Assembly: GCF_011386835.1 (NCBI RefSeq)
Contig: NC_088794.1
Span: 4,774,001-4,838,000, forward strand
Length of the DNA: 64,000 nucleotides
DNA from: Chrysemys picta bellii
Taxonomy: Eukaryota
Direction of reading: 5' to 3'
A program made the position numbers and the translations under genes. Position 1 is the stretch's first letter; the number at the start of each line of letters is the position of its first letter. Under the pieces are notes generated by a model that had not been told where the DNA came from, searched no databases, and saw nothing but the letters and a program-made list of their open reading frames with translations. Below, one piece after another: positions 63,111-64,000 of this stretch.

Positions 63111-64000
63111 GAGACCATCATGCATCATGGGGTATGTGGTCCAGCCTGGGAGCCTGGCCCATAGAGGAGATTGGTGCTGTGTGGTATCTGATGCACCCCT
63201 TTGGTATTTCTGAGCAAAAAGATTTCGGTCTTCACAAACAAACCCCCTTTGTGGATCAGCTCTACACAGTACCCGGCTTGCACTGAAAACAGCAGGATGA
63301 AATATACCCTTAACCTCATACTCTGTAACTCTGGTAGAAATTGCATCATTTAATAACACAGTAGAAAAGAGTAGGCAAAATTAATCCCCAGGGCATGAAT
63401 TACACCGGAGGTGGCTTTGGTTCACTGAATGCATTTATTAGGTGTTATGGCTCTCTGAGCTCAGCTATTCCCAGTTGCTCCAGGAATCATGTCCCACAGA
63501 TGACACATCTCAATATAAAACTTCCCAAATGCTCCAAACTGGCAGTTACTGTCATTGGGGAAACACCACCACATCTCTCTCTTCTCAGCAGGTACGTGTT
63601 ATTATCCTGAATTACAGACACACACACACATACACACCATAATGATCAGCAGGTATTAAATTCAAGACCTCCAGCACTAAAAGCCTCAGCCCCAACTCGT
63701 ACCCCTGACTGAGATGATTTTCACCCTGATTCTCTTACAGCAGAGTCACAAGTCACTGTTTGCTGCTCGGATTAGTGAGCAGTTGTCTTCGTATGCGGGG
63801 CATGATTAACCTGCGTGTCAGTGTATTTACGCTGTGTGTATTTTATCATACAACTGGGATGACCAGCTGTGAACGTCCGCACCATCCACCTGCCCACATC
63901 TCTGTAGCTGCCAGATCTCTGTTCAGAGGAGATGGAAAAGGGAAATCACTCAGAGGTGACTGAGTTCATTCTCTCAGGACTGACAGATCGTCCGGAGCTG
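63111..64000 (+). repeat. Tandem OR cassette E (5'-truncated, runs off the window)
   Basis: From GAGACCATCATGCATCATGGGG onward it is near-identical to 51979-52866 and 57245-58134. Confidence 0.9.
63932..64000 (+). CDS. Olfactory receptor, family-5-like, 5' partial
   Basis: ATGGAAAAGGGAAATCACTCAGAGGTG... = [23 protein letters not shown], cut by the window end. Confidence 0.88.
   Translation, partial: MEKGNHSEVTEFILSGLTDRPEL

Overview
This is eukaryotic, intron-poor vertebrate DNA: part of an olfactory receptor (OR) gene cluster. The host is most likely a turtle, inferred from the MEKGNHSE-type OR expansion and from CR1, Penelope, MIR and hAT repeats that resemble Testudines families. It holds six intact single-exon class II ORs on the + strand (one family-4-like at 5752; family-5/8-like at 20355, 37660, 43073, 52798 and 58066), the start of a seventh at 63932, and two OR pseudogene remnants (18756 and ~31990). 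From ~35 kb onward the window is a tandem array of ~5-5.6 kb OR cassettes. Their history can be read from shared insertions, deletions and one exact duplication breakpoint. The intergenic DNA is dense with transposons: a full-length but dead Chapaev3-type DNA transposon, a SCAN-gag (Gmr1-like) Gypsy element, several solo LTRs, CR1 and Penelope fragments (one with a hammerhead-like motif), hAT and Tc1/mariner MITEs, and MIR-like SINEs. Conserved homeodomain + O/E composite motifs lie upstream of the ORs, and CTCF-like motifs lie between sub-clusters. I found no prokaryotic features and no clearly novel protein-coding system. The most interesting points are the array's duplication mechanics, the OR regulatory motifs and a few unexplained conserved non-coding blocks. 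Repeat-family names come from recognition, not database searches, and some boundaries are approximate.
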